A stretch of DNA of 62,607 bases, filler included, from Stramenopiles sp. TOSAG23-3 (GCA_900128585.1; 9 parts of 9 records of this genome joined end to end with filler, not necessarily neighbours in it); one strand, 5' to 3'. Counted from the first letter of the whole stretch, positions 46,176-56,408 are shown. Numbers and translations are program-made. Notes: generated from the sequence alone by a model not told the origin.

Positions 46176-47399
46176 TCAGCTGTCCATTTGCATTGCAGTT
46201 TCGGAGAACTTATAATCCAGCTGGTCATCCAGGAGCGAATGGCACAAAATGCTGCTAATGCTCAGCATTTTGAATGGCTTTTTATGCTGCAAGAATTTCG
46301 CCACGGTCGGAATCGTATTTGTGATGTAAAAGGTTTCTAACAAGGACTCTCCCGTCTCTGGGTCCGGGAAAAATTTCCTGTAGCTTTCATTGGGAAAAAC
46401 AGGGTGGGTAACGTAGGCACTGACTTTCGCTGCCCCCAACTTCAAACAGCACTTTACACACTCTAATATGGTCCCTCCGGTTTGGATTAAATCGTCGATT
46501 ATGATGACATGTTTGCCTGCCGGGTCACCCTCGGCTACTCGAACGACGCGTTTCTCTCCCTCCCTGCGCTTATCGCAGACAATTTGCTCGAACATATCAA
46601 ATTTGGCGTGGAAGCGTTTCCACGCACCATTGTCTGGAAAAGCTATGGCAATTTCGTCGGTTCCATTTTGGAGGTTTACTCGTATCTCTTCCAGAAGCAG
46701 CCAGATCGCAGACTTCAGCTGAACCAGCACGTTGTCGCTGAAGTAAAACTTCTCTTGTAGCGCATGAATGTCCAGGATTTGAATCGTGGGCGGACCAGTG
46801 GCACACAGTGGGGTCGCATTCAGCATGCGCGCCAAACTCATCGCGGTGGCAACCTCACCAGGCCTCGATATGCGGTCCATGGTCCCGGTCGCAAAATAAG
46901 GAACTATTATTTTATAGTTCCGAGCCCGGTACTTTGCGATTTCATAAATCACGCTCAGCTGCTTGAACACTACACTTGGGGAGTGAAACGAAGCCAGAAA
47001 ACAGCACGAGTTCTGTTTGATCATGTTGTGGTCGTCCAAGAACAAATTTGGCCACCCGTCCGCGAAACTATTGAAGTGGCACTTACCCAGTACTATCTCG
47101 CCGTTACACAGCAGGGCCATCTCTTTCGCCACGGACTCCATTTCCGGACAGTAGAACAACAGTATCTTGTTGCTGTTTTGCGTGTTTCTAGCAGGATGGG
47201 TTGAAAAGTACTTCGACCGGTACACACCGGAGTGAGTACTGCTCCTTGATCTATTGGGCGACTCCGACCTCTTTAAAGGTTCCGAGGCAGTCCGCATAAT
47301 AGCCCCCCAACTTGTTCTCGCGGGAGGGGTTGCCGAGCGGGGGGGCACGGTCCCTTCCATTTCTACGGGCGAAGTCCAGTCGGTGAGTTGTTCAGCCAT
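46176..47399 (-). CDS. PRS4: ribose-phosphate pyrophosphokinase, class II (plant PRS3/PRS4-type)
   Basis: FADGWPNLF, PYFATGTMDR, DIHALQEKFYF, AFPDNGAWKRF, IIIDDLIQTGGT, SAYVTHPVFP. Confidence 0.9.
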   Translation of the reverse strand: MAEQLTDWTSPVEMEGTVPPRSATPPARTSWGAIMRTASEPLKRSESPNRSRSSTHSGVYRSKYFSTHPARNTQNSNKILLFYCPEMESVAKEMALLCNGEIVLGKCHFNSFADGWPNLFLDDHNMIKQNSCCFLASFHSPSVVFKQLSVIYEIAKYRARNYKIIVPYFATGTMDRISRPGEVATAMSLARMLNATPLCATGPPTIQILDIHALQEKFYFSDNVLVQLKSAIWLLLEEIRVNLQNGTDEIAIAFPDNGAWKRFHAKFDMFEQIVCDKRREGEKRVVRVAEGDPAGKHVIIIDDLIQTGGTILECVKCCLKLGAAKVSAYVTHPVFPNESYRKFFPDPETGESLLETFYITNTIPTVAKFLQHKKPFKMLSISSILCHSLLDDQLDYKFSETAMQMDS

Positions 47400-47718
47400 C
47401 GGTTGCAAAACAATAAAGGGTATTTGGCAACGATCAACCTATGTCTTCTTCGATTTCAAGCATATACGTTTTCCAACGTTGAATCGAACTTATTATCATT
47501 GTGTCAGACTAGATAATATGCACAATCGTGGTATAAATAATATATTGTAGACGACTACTCGTGTCATTAACCTGTACCGTACAGGTAATAATACCGGTAG
47601 TACCGGAACCAACAAAACCTTTATTAGTATACCATAATATCATAGTTGTAATAACACATACAATATTACCTATTAATTATTCATTATACTTTTCAGATCC
47701 CCTTCGCTTCTTATATTT

Positions 47719-49449
47719 TTACATGATCATTGGAAAAGACGGCCTTTTGGATGTGTACAATGCACTGTATTTAACTTTTCCAGACCGATTGTCAACGGAA
47801 CCATGCGTTTTTGTCTTTCGTTTAGACCTTCTGGGCGCCCCATAAGCTTGCTGGGTGGATCGCCTGAGCTTCTTCTTAATGTTCAGCTTCGTATTACTTT
47901 TGGAACGTGGCTCGGAGTGGAACCTGTTGGCGGGTGGAAAGTTCTGCAGTCCTCGGGCAATAGATTGTTGGACGCTCTGTTGCATCATTACCTGCTTTCG
48001 TAATTGAGCGTTACTTTCTGCTAGTTTTGAAAACAACAATTTTTCTGCCTTGGGAGCTGCCTGCTCCACAGGTTCTGGTACTGATTTTAGGGATAGGCCT
48101 GACGCAGAAATGTAGTCGTTCGGGAGCTGGAGAAGTTGGCTGGACATGCTCTCGGGGTCCAATTTGTTTTCTCTTGGGTCGGAAAATTCTATCTCCCGGC
48201 TAAATTCGTTCTCCTGCTCGGCGGTCGATTCTACTATGTTTTCCGTTACCTTCTGCCGTTTGTCTGCATTTCCAAAAGACGCTCCTCGGTCGTACCGCTG
48301 GTCCTCTTCGTTATTGTTCGGGGACGCCGGGGCAATTGTGTTCTGCGCAAACTTTGGTAATTGGTCAGCCCCGTCGGCCTTTAAGCTGTCGCTCGAAATG
48401 CCGAGAATAGTTAATTTGCGGGACAGGGAGGCTTCGCGAATGGCCAATGTTTTCTCTCTCGCAAGCAGCGCTTGCTCGCACGCCTGCAGTGCTCGCTCCT
48501 TGGCCCCCAATCGCTGCTCTTTGTCCTTGACGGCGGCATGCATTCTTCTGACGGAGTCAGGGATTGCATTTTGGAACCCTTCCAGACTATTTCGAGCCTC
48601 ACCGTAGGCCTTTGGCCCACCAATGGAAGCCCCGATGCTTGGTAGAGACGGCGATGCTTTCATAGACAAAAATTGGCGGAGCGAAGGAGACTTGCTCGAG
48701 GGTAAACTAGGGAAAGTGCGCTTGTTTTGGGCGGGTTTGCTGGGGAATCTACTGACGCGGTTACTAAAACTGGGTGGTCGCATGGCCGTAGCAGATTTTA
48801 ATTGCTTCTTCTTCTTGTTGCGCTTTGCGACGACGCTCTTTGAATTTCCACGAAGCTTCTTCTTTCCCTTTCTGGAGCTCCTTCTTGATTTTCCATCTTC
48901 TTGTGGGTCTTCAATCTGCTGAGGGTCAAGGGAGCGCTTCGAAAGACGCTTCGCGCCGAAATTTCTCCAATTCTTTCGCGGGACTGTGATGTTCGGTTTG
49001 GGGGGGAAAATCAAAGTGGGGGCGTCGAATACCTTGGGCTTTCCATGCTGCATGGTTTGCTTCGGTTTGCTGTCTTTTCCAGCGTTTGCTCGCTCGGGTT
49101 TTAATATTTGTTTCTCATCCTTCGGTGTTATGCTCTCCTCTTTCGCGCCGCCTTCCATGATGCTTTGCCACATTTTCTGGCGAGAATCGGGGTCCAGTGC
49201 CCACTGAGCGTCGTCGCCATCGTCGTCTTCCGAAGTTTTCTTAGGAGACTCCTTCCCTGTTTCTATTGTTTCATTCTGAATATGCCCTTCGTTATTGTCT
49301 GCCAAAGGCAGTGGAGGTGGCAGTGGCAGGGATGTTCCAAGCACACTGTCGCTGCTTTCCTCTAGGGGCTCTTTCGAGGGAGACACTTCAGTCAAGTCTT
49401 CAAAATCGTCCTCAAAGTCTTCGTCACTATAACACTCGTCCGAGGACAT
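47719..49449 (-). CDS. hypothetical low-complexity/coiled-coil protein
   Basis: Long ORF; start chosen at ATG 49449 (MSSDECYSDEDFEDDFED). Confidence 0.7.
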   Translation of the reverse strand: MSSDECYSDEDFEDDFEDLTEVSPSKEPLEESSDSVLGTSLPLPPPLPLADNNEGHIQNETIETGKESPKKTSEDDDGDDAQWALDPDSRQKMWQSIMEGGAKEESITPKDEKQILKPERANAGKDSKPKQTMQHGKPKVFDAPTLIFPPKPNITVPRKNWRNFGAKRLSKRSLDPQQIEDPQEDGKSRRSSRKGKKKLRGNSKSVVAKRNKKKKQLKSATAMRPPSFSNRVSRFPSKPAQNKRTFPSLPSSKSPSLRQFLSMKASPSLPSIGASIGGPKAYGEARNSLEGFQNAIPDSVRRMHAAVKDKEQRLGAKERALQACEQALLAREKTLAIREASLSRKLTILGISSDSLKADGADQLPKFAQNTIAPASPNNNEEDQRYDRGASFGNADKRQKVTENIVESTAEQENEFSREIEFSDPRENKLDPESMSSQLLQLPNDYISASGLSLKSVPEPVEQAAPKAEKLLFSKLAESNAQLRKQVMMQQSVQQSIARGLQNFPPANRFHSEPRSKSNTKLNIKKKLRRSTQQAYGAPRRSKRKTKTHGSVDNRSGKVKYSALYTSKRPSFPMIM

Positions 49450-50455
49450 GGTACGAAACAATGTCCTCTGGCCTACCGTTACCGCAAAAACTCTGCTGGT
49501 GTAGAACAGTACAGAAAATAAACAGAGGCCGAAACTTGCGATTCTACACACAGAATATGAACAAAAAACAGTTTCCACGTAATAAGAAATATTAATCCGA
49601 CATTGCTTATCACCCCAATCTACGAATCTGTTCTTCTTATTCTCGTAGTCCAGTCTTCTTTCTTTCTCCTTCTTTTTTTATTACGTTCTTCTTCTTCTTA
49701 ATCTCCTTTTTCTACTATGGTATATCTATGCTATTATATTATTAATAATAATATTAAATTTGAACAACAACCGCTACGTTCTTATTACAGAACGTACTGT
49801 ACTAATATTGAAATACCAGTACTGTAGTTTGTTTTATACCTCTCCTTCTTCTTCTTCTTCGCAGTTTTTTTTTTCTTTTTTTTTTCCAACGTTATTATAT
49901 ACGTACGAGTAGACTACCGGTATTAATACCAAGGTACGGTACAATACCTGGTACAGTACCAGGAACCGTAGTCTCTAATGAAAATCCAAAATCCTGAAGA
50001 AAGAAGAAGAAAGAAAAGATGGTTTTGTTGAGTTGAGATGAGGTAAGGGTTGAGAAGGAGGGTTAATAAAAAAATAAAAAATAATATAATTTAAAATAGA
50101 CGACTCCCGCCTTCGTATTCGGTACGGTACGTGGAGTACGGTATTATAATACAACAATACCAAGTATATTTTATTCATCTTCTTCTTCTTTATTTTATTA
50201 GTCCTAATTAGTTTTATTATTTTTTTATTTGTGAATGAATGATAGAATACATAATAGTCGTCTAATAATACACACTGTGCTTGAAGAGTTGAAAACAAAA
50301 CTGAATAATAAATAGAAAATGATAATGATTAAGAATTTAAATGTTAGCCCTGTATATTTACAAATTCCTGGTTTTGCTTCGTGTGTGTGTGCGCGCGCGA
50401 GTTTGCGGGTTGAATGCTCCACATTTGTGTACTTTGCTGGATTCAATAATAGTAT

Positions 50456-51661
50456 ATGTCTCTCTCTGGGGTGCTGTATAGGCGGTTTTTGCGTTTGGCA
50501 AAGACAATCGAGCAGAACCCCAGCTTGAAATCATTTTTTACGAAGTCACCAGTATCGTATTACAATCGCGAAACGTCAGAATGGATGGGTTTTGAAAGCA
50601 CCGATATCACACAAGCTGTTCCCGCGGAAAGCACGACGCCCTACCTTGGCGGGCAAATGTACTACTCCCCGTTTTTGCGGAACGAAAACGAAGACGCCGA
50701 CTTCGCCACTCTCGTCAGAGCGGAGGCGCGGCGGGGGACGCTGAGCATCGAAACTGCGTTGCAGCTCTTGGGGTACATAGACCAGTTGGTAAAGGGCGGT
50801 GCGGATCTTCTACAAGATGCATCGGGCAGCCTCCAGTCTCTGACCAAAGGACTGCACCAGCATGACATAAAATTGGACCAAGGCTTATTCTCTCACTTTG
50901 GCGGAAAGGCTGAGCAGCTAAATATTGAGGAAGGAGACCTGCTGCACGCCCACCCTTTGCTGATATACGGCGTTTTGGCGCGAAGCGTTGTGCTAGTGGC
51001 GCAGCACTCCGATGAAACGGGTTCAGTTGGTTTCGTTTTAAACCACCCTACCCATATTCGCTTAAGGGATGTGGTTTCTGACCCAGTTGGGGAGGAGGTA
51101 GGCAACGTTTTTGGCACACACACGGTATTTTTGGGGGGGGACGTGGAACATAACAAGCTAAACTTTATCCATACCCATGGGGAGCTGGACGGGAGCACCG
51201 CGATTGAGAACGTTGGCGGCCGACTGCACGTGGGCGGTCAACTTGAGGATGCGGCGAAGTTGGTATTGGAAGGCCGAGCGAAGGCAAGTGATTTTCAATT
51301 TTTTGCTGGATACGCGGGCTGGGGCGATCGGCAATTAAGTGGGGAAGTTGAGCAGGGCAGTTGGAGCGTTATCGAGCCAAACGCGGAGGCAGAAAGTGGG
51401 GGAATGGAAACCCCATTAGAGCGGCTAGTCCTTGGTAGCGCGTACGAGGATATCCCGTCCCATTGCTTGGATTTACCCGCGGAAGAGCTTGCAGAGGTGC
51501 TCTTGTCCCTGAAAAGTGTAGCATGGGCAGCCTCCGTGCATCGCTGTGGAAACACTGATTTGAGGGCCATGGTAAATGATTTCGCGGCATTTAACGACCG
51601 ATTCGTTTCGACCGTTCAAATCTTGGAAAGTTTTGTTTTCCCAGAAACAGAGGAGGAGTGA
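50456..51661 (+). CDS. DUF179/AlgH (UPF0301, YqgE) domain protein
   Basis: RSVVLVAQH...GSVGFVLNHP, FLGGDV, FFAGYAGWGDRQLSGEVEQGSW; N-terminal LYRRFLR. Confidence 0.85.
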   Translation: MSLSGVLYRRFLRLAKTIEQNPSLKSFFTKSPVSYYNRETSEWMGFESTDITQAVPAESTTPYLGGQMYYSPFLRNENEDADFATLVRAEARRGTLSIETALQLLGYIDQLVKGGADLLQDASGSLQSLTKGLHQHDIKLDQGLFSHFGGKAEQLNIEEGDLLHAHPLLIYGVLARSVVLVAQHSDETGSVGFVLNHPTHIRLRDVVSDPVGEEVGNVFGTHTVFLGGDVEHNKLNFIHTHGELDGSTAIENVGGRLHVGGQLEDAAKLVLEGRAKASDFQFFAGYAGWGDRQLSGEVEQGSWSVIEPNAEAESGGMETPLERLVLGSAYEDIPSHCLDLPAEELAEVLLSLKSVAWAASVHRCGNTDLRAMVNDFAAFNDRFVSTVQILESFVFPETEEE

Positions 51662-51900
51662 TATATTTCAAGGGAGAGGTAAATTCTTAGAATTTTACGA
51701 TGTTAGAACTCCCCGTAAAAATAAAGGGCAATTTTATTCCAGTAAGAATAATTCTTACAGTACGTAATTTCGCGTAAATTGCTTCTTTCGCTCCTAACTT
51801 TATGTTTTGCCCACATTCAAAGAAGCCCCGTGTTTGTCTTCAAAACAACAATGTGCAAATTATAGAGCGTGTATTAAAACTTATCTATCGCTCAGCTCAG

Positions 51901-52725
51901 TCACAGCGACGAGGCTTTTCTATTTCCCCTGGCATTTTTCTTGTGTCCTGCTGGACCTTCTTCTATCTTCGCAAGCAAATCTCGGTCGATTGGTTCAGAC
52001 CTTGCCTGGGTGGTCAGCAAAAGATCGTTCACCAACCCCAAAGTAAGCCCCCACAACGTGAATTTTGAACGAATGAAACCCTCCGTCACGCCATTTGCTG
52101 CAATGACAAGATCGTTAGCCATCGGCAGTAAAACCGATGGAAAACCGTAGTAGTGCTCATTGTTCGCCCTGCTGCTGTACTTTGGGCTCTCCTCGTTCCT
52201 CATGGCCTGCAAATTGTTAGTTATTGCTGGTGTCCAATTCAACGATTTTACAAATTCATCCGTGATTAAACTGTCGAACCTTGCCCACCCGCACGCGGCG
52301 ACTTCCTCTACCTGGACGTTCACTGGTGCTTCGGCAACGAGCTGCTCAAAAACGTGACAGCACACCACCAGGGTCGTCCCGTCCCTCTTCGTCACGACCT
52401 GTTGCTCTATTTCCCCCAGAAAACGGTAATGCCCGCCAGCTTTCAAATCCAGTCCAACCTCTTCTTTAACTTCTCGCGCGACGGCGTCCTCGTCCGTTTC
52501 CCCGCGTTTAACCTCTACGTGCCCACCAGGGAATGCGACTTGCCCACTCCACCTTGAACCGCGTGGATCAAACGCCCGCAATATAAAAAACATCTCCAAG
52601 TCTTCCACACTGTCCCTGGACGATCCCCTAAAAATACACGCCACAACTGCACGCGCGTCCCCGTCCAACCGTTCTACCCGCCGCTTCCGTAAACATGTTT
52701 CCGCATTCGACAAGTACGAACTCAT
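51901..52725 (-). CDS. Nudix hydrolase, CoA-pyrophosphatase (NUDT7/8, PCD1)-like
   Basis: WSGQVAFPGG...GETDEDAVAREVKEEVGL Nudix box; LWGLT motif. Confidence 0.85.
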   Translation of the reverse strand: MSSYLSNAETCLRKRRVERLDGDARAVVACIFRGSSRDSVEDLEMFFILRAFDPRGSRWSGQVAFPGGHVEVKRGETDEDAVAREVKEEVGLDLKAGGHYRFLGEIEQQVVTKRDGTTLVVCCHVFEQLVAEAPVNVQVEEVAACGWARFDSLITDEFVKSLNWTPAITNNLQAMRNEESPKYSSRANNEHYYGFPSVLLPMANDLVIAANGVTEGFIRSKFTLWGLTLGLVNDLLLTTQARSEPIDRDLLAKIEEGPAGHKKNARGNRKASSL

Positions 52726-53504
52726 ACCAATCTGAAAATAAACAACTGCAAAATATAACTTTTATCAATATTATTGCTAGAATTCACTCTGTTTTATTAC
52801 GTCTCGTTTCAACAGATACATAAAGATAAAAAGTAACAAACAAACAATCAGCAGGAAACCGATCAGAGTCTCGCAATGAACAATAAGACGAACAAACGAC
52901 GACTACTAATAAATGTTTCCATTCAGCAATATCGCATTGTTTGTTGTTAGTAGTCCGAATATTATATAGGGCAATTAGCTATACTTAAAAAATCATTTTA
53001 GTATTATTATTATTAGTATAGAGACTAGACGACTGATAATCGAAGACTAGACTCCTCCTCCTCTCGTACCAGTATGTAAATAAAATACCAAAATATAGAA
53101 GAAAAGAAGAGGAGAGAAGAAGATGATGAGGATTATAACTATAAATAATTTTTTCTTCTTCTTTCGGCACCCACCACGATTCACAGTCGTGAATATTTTC
53201 ATCATAGCCGACTAGTCAATCAATACTGTTGATTATAAGAGTGTGAATAAATGCAGTTGTCTTATGTCTGCGTGTTTGTCTTCGCATCTTCCTTTCTTGG
53301 GTTTATCTTGCAGAGGAGAAGAAAAAGATAGATAGTGCACGGTAAGGGAGTGAGGGAGTGAGAGGATATCTACAACAACGTACTTTTTGTTATAAATACC
53401 TGCTGTATACAATAGTAGTTTCGCCCGCTTGTTTACGGGTATATACGCGTGTGTTCGGTTGGGTTTAGAGGCGTGTGTTTTCGTGGCGTGTATTTCTTAC
53501 AAGC

Positions 53505-55226
53505 ATGGGGAATATTACTTCAGACGTAGGGGCGTGCTGCAGTTCGGAAAGGATGGGAATGACGGAGAACAGTCTGATTGAGCTGGAAGGAACCTTCGTA
53601 GTGTGCAAGCACTCTCGTCCGGGGCCAGCGCTGCAAATAGCGTTCACCGAATGGGAGGAGATTATTGCCCTTTCCCGGGCATTTGCCCCGGGTGGGAAAC
53701 TGCTGGGCTTGAGCTCCACGAAGAAAATCATCGCCACGCTCCACCACCAACCGCTTCGGACTGGGGACGGGGACGAGGAGTCGGAGAACGACGGGGCATA
53801 CGAGCTGAACGTGTGGGAGCTTCACAGGGCCGACCGGGGGTTGCTAAACGCGAAGAAACCTAGCGGCGGGGGCTCGGCCGCCCCCCCGCCCCCAAAGAGC
53901 TCCGGCCCGGCAACCCCCAAGCTTGAAAATTCCGCCAGGGCATTCCCCCTCTCCAACGTGCAAACCCTCGAAAAGTCACCCGGCAAGACCAGGATCGTGC
54001 GCGTGGTAAAAATAGCATTCTTGGACAGCGCTGACCCGCGGTTCATCGCCGGGGCAGTGACGTACGTGAAGAGTCCCAAGGGCAACTCGGGGGCAGGGGT
54101 AACAATGCACGGGGTGAAAGTATGGAGGATCCAGCCGGCGCGCCGGACGTGGGACGAGGCTTCCGTTATGGATGGGTGGTCTCCTCGGAACGGAAATAAG
54201 GGGGCAGGGTCACCCCGGCGACCGGCGCGGAGGGAACTCTGCGAGGTGACCGAGCTGAAGCACGACCAGGAAATCAGCGCGTTTGCTGCGCTCCGGCAGT
54301 TCGCGTTTGTCGGGGACATTTTAGGTACCATCCAAGGATTCTATTGGGAGAATTGGACGGATGTTGAGTGGCGACGTGTCTCGCGCAACAAGCGAAGCAA
54401 ACGTCAGGACAAGGGGAAGTCGGCAACCAAACCCCCGTCGTTCACCCCGCTAAAGGCCGAGGCGCGGGCACACGGGAGCGAGCAGGCCATCGTAGCGCTC
54501 CAGTGCACTTGCGGGGGCGGCCGGGTGCGCCTGTACTCGGCGGGGCAGGATGCCGCCGGGACCTTTACTGTCATCATCTGGCAAGTGTCAAACACGCGGA
54601 TAGACTCCCAGCAGGACATCATAAAACTGGTAGACATGTCCGTGGTCACTTGCATTGCGCTGGGACAGACGCCAGACGTAGGCGCCTCGTGGTACGCGCC
54701 GAGCCATGGCCACCACAAGTTAGAAGCATCTCCGCCGTCCCCGAACAGCAGGAAGTCTGCAAAGACGAAGAAGGACAAGGACGAGGAGAAGCGAACCCGA
54801 GGGATGCGGCCGAACTTGCCCCCATTTTTGTTTGTTGCTGGGAAGAAGAAGACTGCAGGGAACGTCACCCCGGGGGGGGGGAACGCTGGGGGAAAACACG
54901 TTTTGCAGAAATGGTTGGTACGGAAGGACACGGTTCCAAAGAAACGGATGGAGTTCAAGCCATCGCCGTCCCCGATCTTGTCCATCGGTTTTGGGCCGTA
55001 CAACAACGGCCCTTTGGTGACCGGCACGGAAGGCGGGAATTTGCTGATTTGGGATTCCGTAAAAGGGTCGATTCAGCAGACGCTTGGTGGTCCAACAGGA
55101 CCCGTACGGGATATTTGTGTCGAGCCAAACGCTCACGCATGGACGGTATCCGACTGTGAGAGTGGAAATGGCAACATCATGGCATGGCGCCTTGATGGCC
55201 AAGGCGTTAAGCTTGGTGGGGTGTAA
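53505..55226 (+). CDS. WD40/beta-propeller-like protein
   Basis: LVTGTEGGNLLIWD, LYSAGQD...VIIW, FVGDILGTIQGF and SIGFGPYNNGP blade-like segments; first ATG 53505. Confidence 0.65.
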   Translation: MGNITSDVGACCSSERMGMTENSLIELEGTFVVCKHSRPGPALQIAFTEWEEIIALSRAFAPGGKLLGLSSTKKIIATLHHQPLRTGDGDEESENDGAYELNVWELHRADRGLLNAKKPSGGGSAAPPPPKSSGPATPKLENSARAFPLSNVQTLEKSPGKTRIVRVVKIAFLDSADPRFIAGAVTYVKSPKGNSGAGVTMHGVKVWRIQPARRTWDEASVMDGWSPRNGNKGAGSPRRPARRELCEVTELKHDQEISAFAALRQFAFVGDILGTIQGFYWENWTDVEWRRVSRNKRSKRQDKGKSATKPPSFTPLKAEARAHGSEQAIVALQCTCGGGRVRLYSAGQDAAGTFTVIIWQVSNTRIDSQQDIIKLVDMSVVTCIALGQTPDVGASWYAPSHGHHKLEASPPSPNSRKSAKTKKDKDEEKRTRGMRPNLPPFLFVAGKKKTAGNVTPGGGNAGGKHVLQKWLVRKDTVPKKRMEFKPSPSPILSIGFGPYNNGPLVTGTEGGNLLIWDSVKGSIQQTLGGPTGPVRDICVEPNAHAWTVSDCESGNGNIMAWRLDGQGVKLGGV

Positions 55227-55452
55227 TAAATATTTTGTTCTGTTGACGTGGTGATGTAGGAATGAGGAAATACATTTCCTAAGTGAAAATCGAAGAGAAA
55301 TGTTAATTTATTTTAATGAATGCTGTGTATATATAAGAGACTAAAATACCGANNNNNNNNNNNNNNNNNNNNNNNNNNNNNNNNNNNNNNNNNNNNTTAA
55401 TTAATTAANNNNNNNNNNNNNNNNNNNNNNNNNNNNNNNNNNNNNNNNNNNN

Positions 55453-55519
55453 GCAGGGTCGGGAGGTAAGACGCCGGACTCATGATCCGGAGGCCACGGT
55501 TCGAGCCCGTGTGCTGCTA
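55453..55519 (+). tRNA. trnM: tRNA-Met(CAT), first ~4 nt cut by contig edge
   Basis: D stem GTC/GAC, anticodon arm CCGGA-CTCATGA-TCCGG, T arm CACGG-TTCGAGC-CCGTG, acceptor 3' strand TGCTGCT-A. G rather than T at position 8. Confidence 0.85.
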
Positions 55520-55651
55520 GGTGGTCCGCGCCACCTTGCGTTGGGGGTCTGACTTAAAAGAATTAAGGCCAGTTGTCTTCAAACCTGAGGTTTGGGGTGC
55601 GCCCAGAGCTCGGGTTTGGCCCTGGGTGGCGTAATACTACGCCTACGTTAT

Positions 55652-56110
55652 ATGCTTACAGCGCTCCTTTACCTCGCAAGCGTATTAGTTGCTGTTTATG
55701 CGCTCCAATCAAGGGACCCGGCTCACTGTGTGATTGCTTTACTAGTACTTTTTGTTGGTGGATGTGTTTATTTGATCGCGATAAAGAAAGAGCTTGTGGG
55801 CCTCTCGCCTAGTCAGAAACTAAAAGCGTGCGTGGCCTACATGAAGGCCTACCTGGGCCGTCTTAGAACCCGTGCCGGGTATTGGCTCCTGGAGTTGGGG
55901 TTGATCGTAGTAGCGCGGGTGGTGTATGTCGTCTGGTGGTGAAGCTGGTGGTGATGGTCGTTAGACCACAGGCGGCGGGTGTTTTTTCTCGCCCTCCTGG
56001 CCTTCTTCATACTGGAAGAAGCCATCCTACGGCCCTACGGTTTTTCCCAGCTAGAGGTGCTCGCCCTTCTGGGGTGCCTCATATGCTTCATCCTTATCAT
56101 GTATTTCTAG
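55652..56110 (+). CDS. 152-aa hydrophobic ORF (code 4, UGA=Trp) with nad6-like N-terminus; probably chimeric
   Basis: MLTALLYLASVLVAVYALQSRDPAHCVIALLVLF...KELVGL resembles Nad6 (SKNPVHSVLFLILVF...EFLAL). Two in-frame TGAs (55940, 55952) lie in the run TGG TGG TGA AGC TGG TGG TGA TGG, followed by two more hydrophobic segments and TAG. Confidence 0.55.
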
Positions 56111-56174
56111 ATAAGGGGGGAGCAAAGGCGTGCCGCACCCTACCTTTGCTCCCCCCTTATCTAGAAATACATGA
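56097..56174. repeat. perfect 32-bp inverted repeat with 14-nt loop
   Basis: TCATGTATTTCTAGATAAGGGGGGAGCAAAGG (56097-56128) and its exact reverse complement (56143-56174). Confidence 0.95.
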
Positions 56175-56326
56175 GCCGTCTTCATAGCCGGGCCTGGAGT
56201 AGGGATCGGTACCGTGTTCGGGCCTCTCATCATAGGACTATCGCGCAAACCCGGCGAGAAGCAGCAGATGTTTATTTATGCCATCCCGGGCTGGCGATGG
56301 CCTTCCCCACCCTGTTCGCCTTCTAG
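56175..56326 (+). pseudogene. atp9: atp9 (ATP synthase subunit c) fragment, N-terminally truncated and internally deleted
   Basis: [35 protein letters not shown] (56187-56290), then in a shifted frame [11 protein letters not shown] (56291-56326). Consensus is [57 protein letters not shown]. Confidence 0.88.
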
Positions 56327-56408
56327 GGGCTGGGTGCTGGGCCTTTGGTAGAGGGGTCTGAGTTATTTGCGTCAAAGGTTTTCTACGCCACTGGCCTTCC
56401 CTCACGTC

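Noticed and set aside
55543-55600. Second trnW-like element containing CTTCAAA
   Set aside because: No paired anticodon stem or T arm; CAAACCT/AGGTTTG is a simple hairpin.
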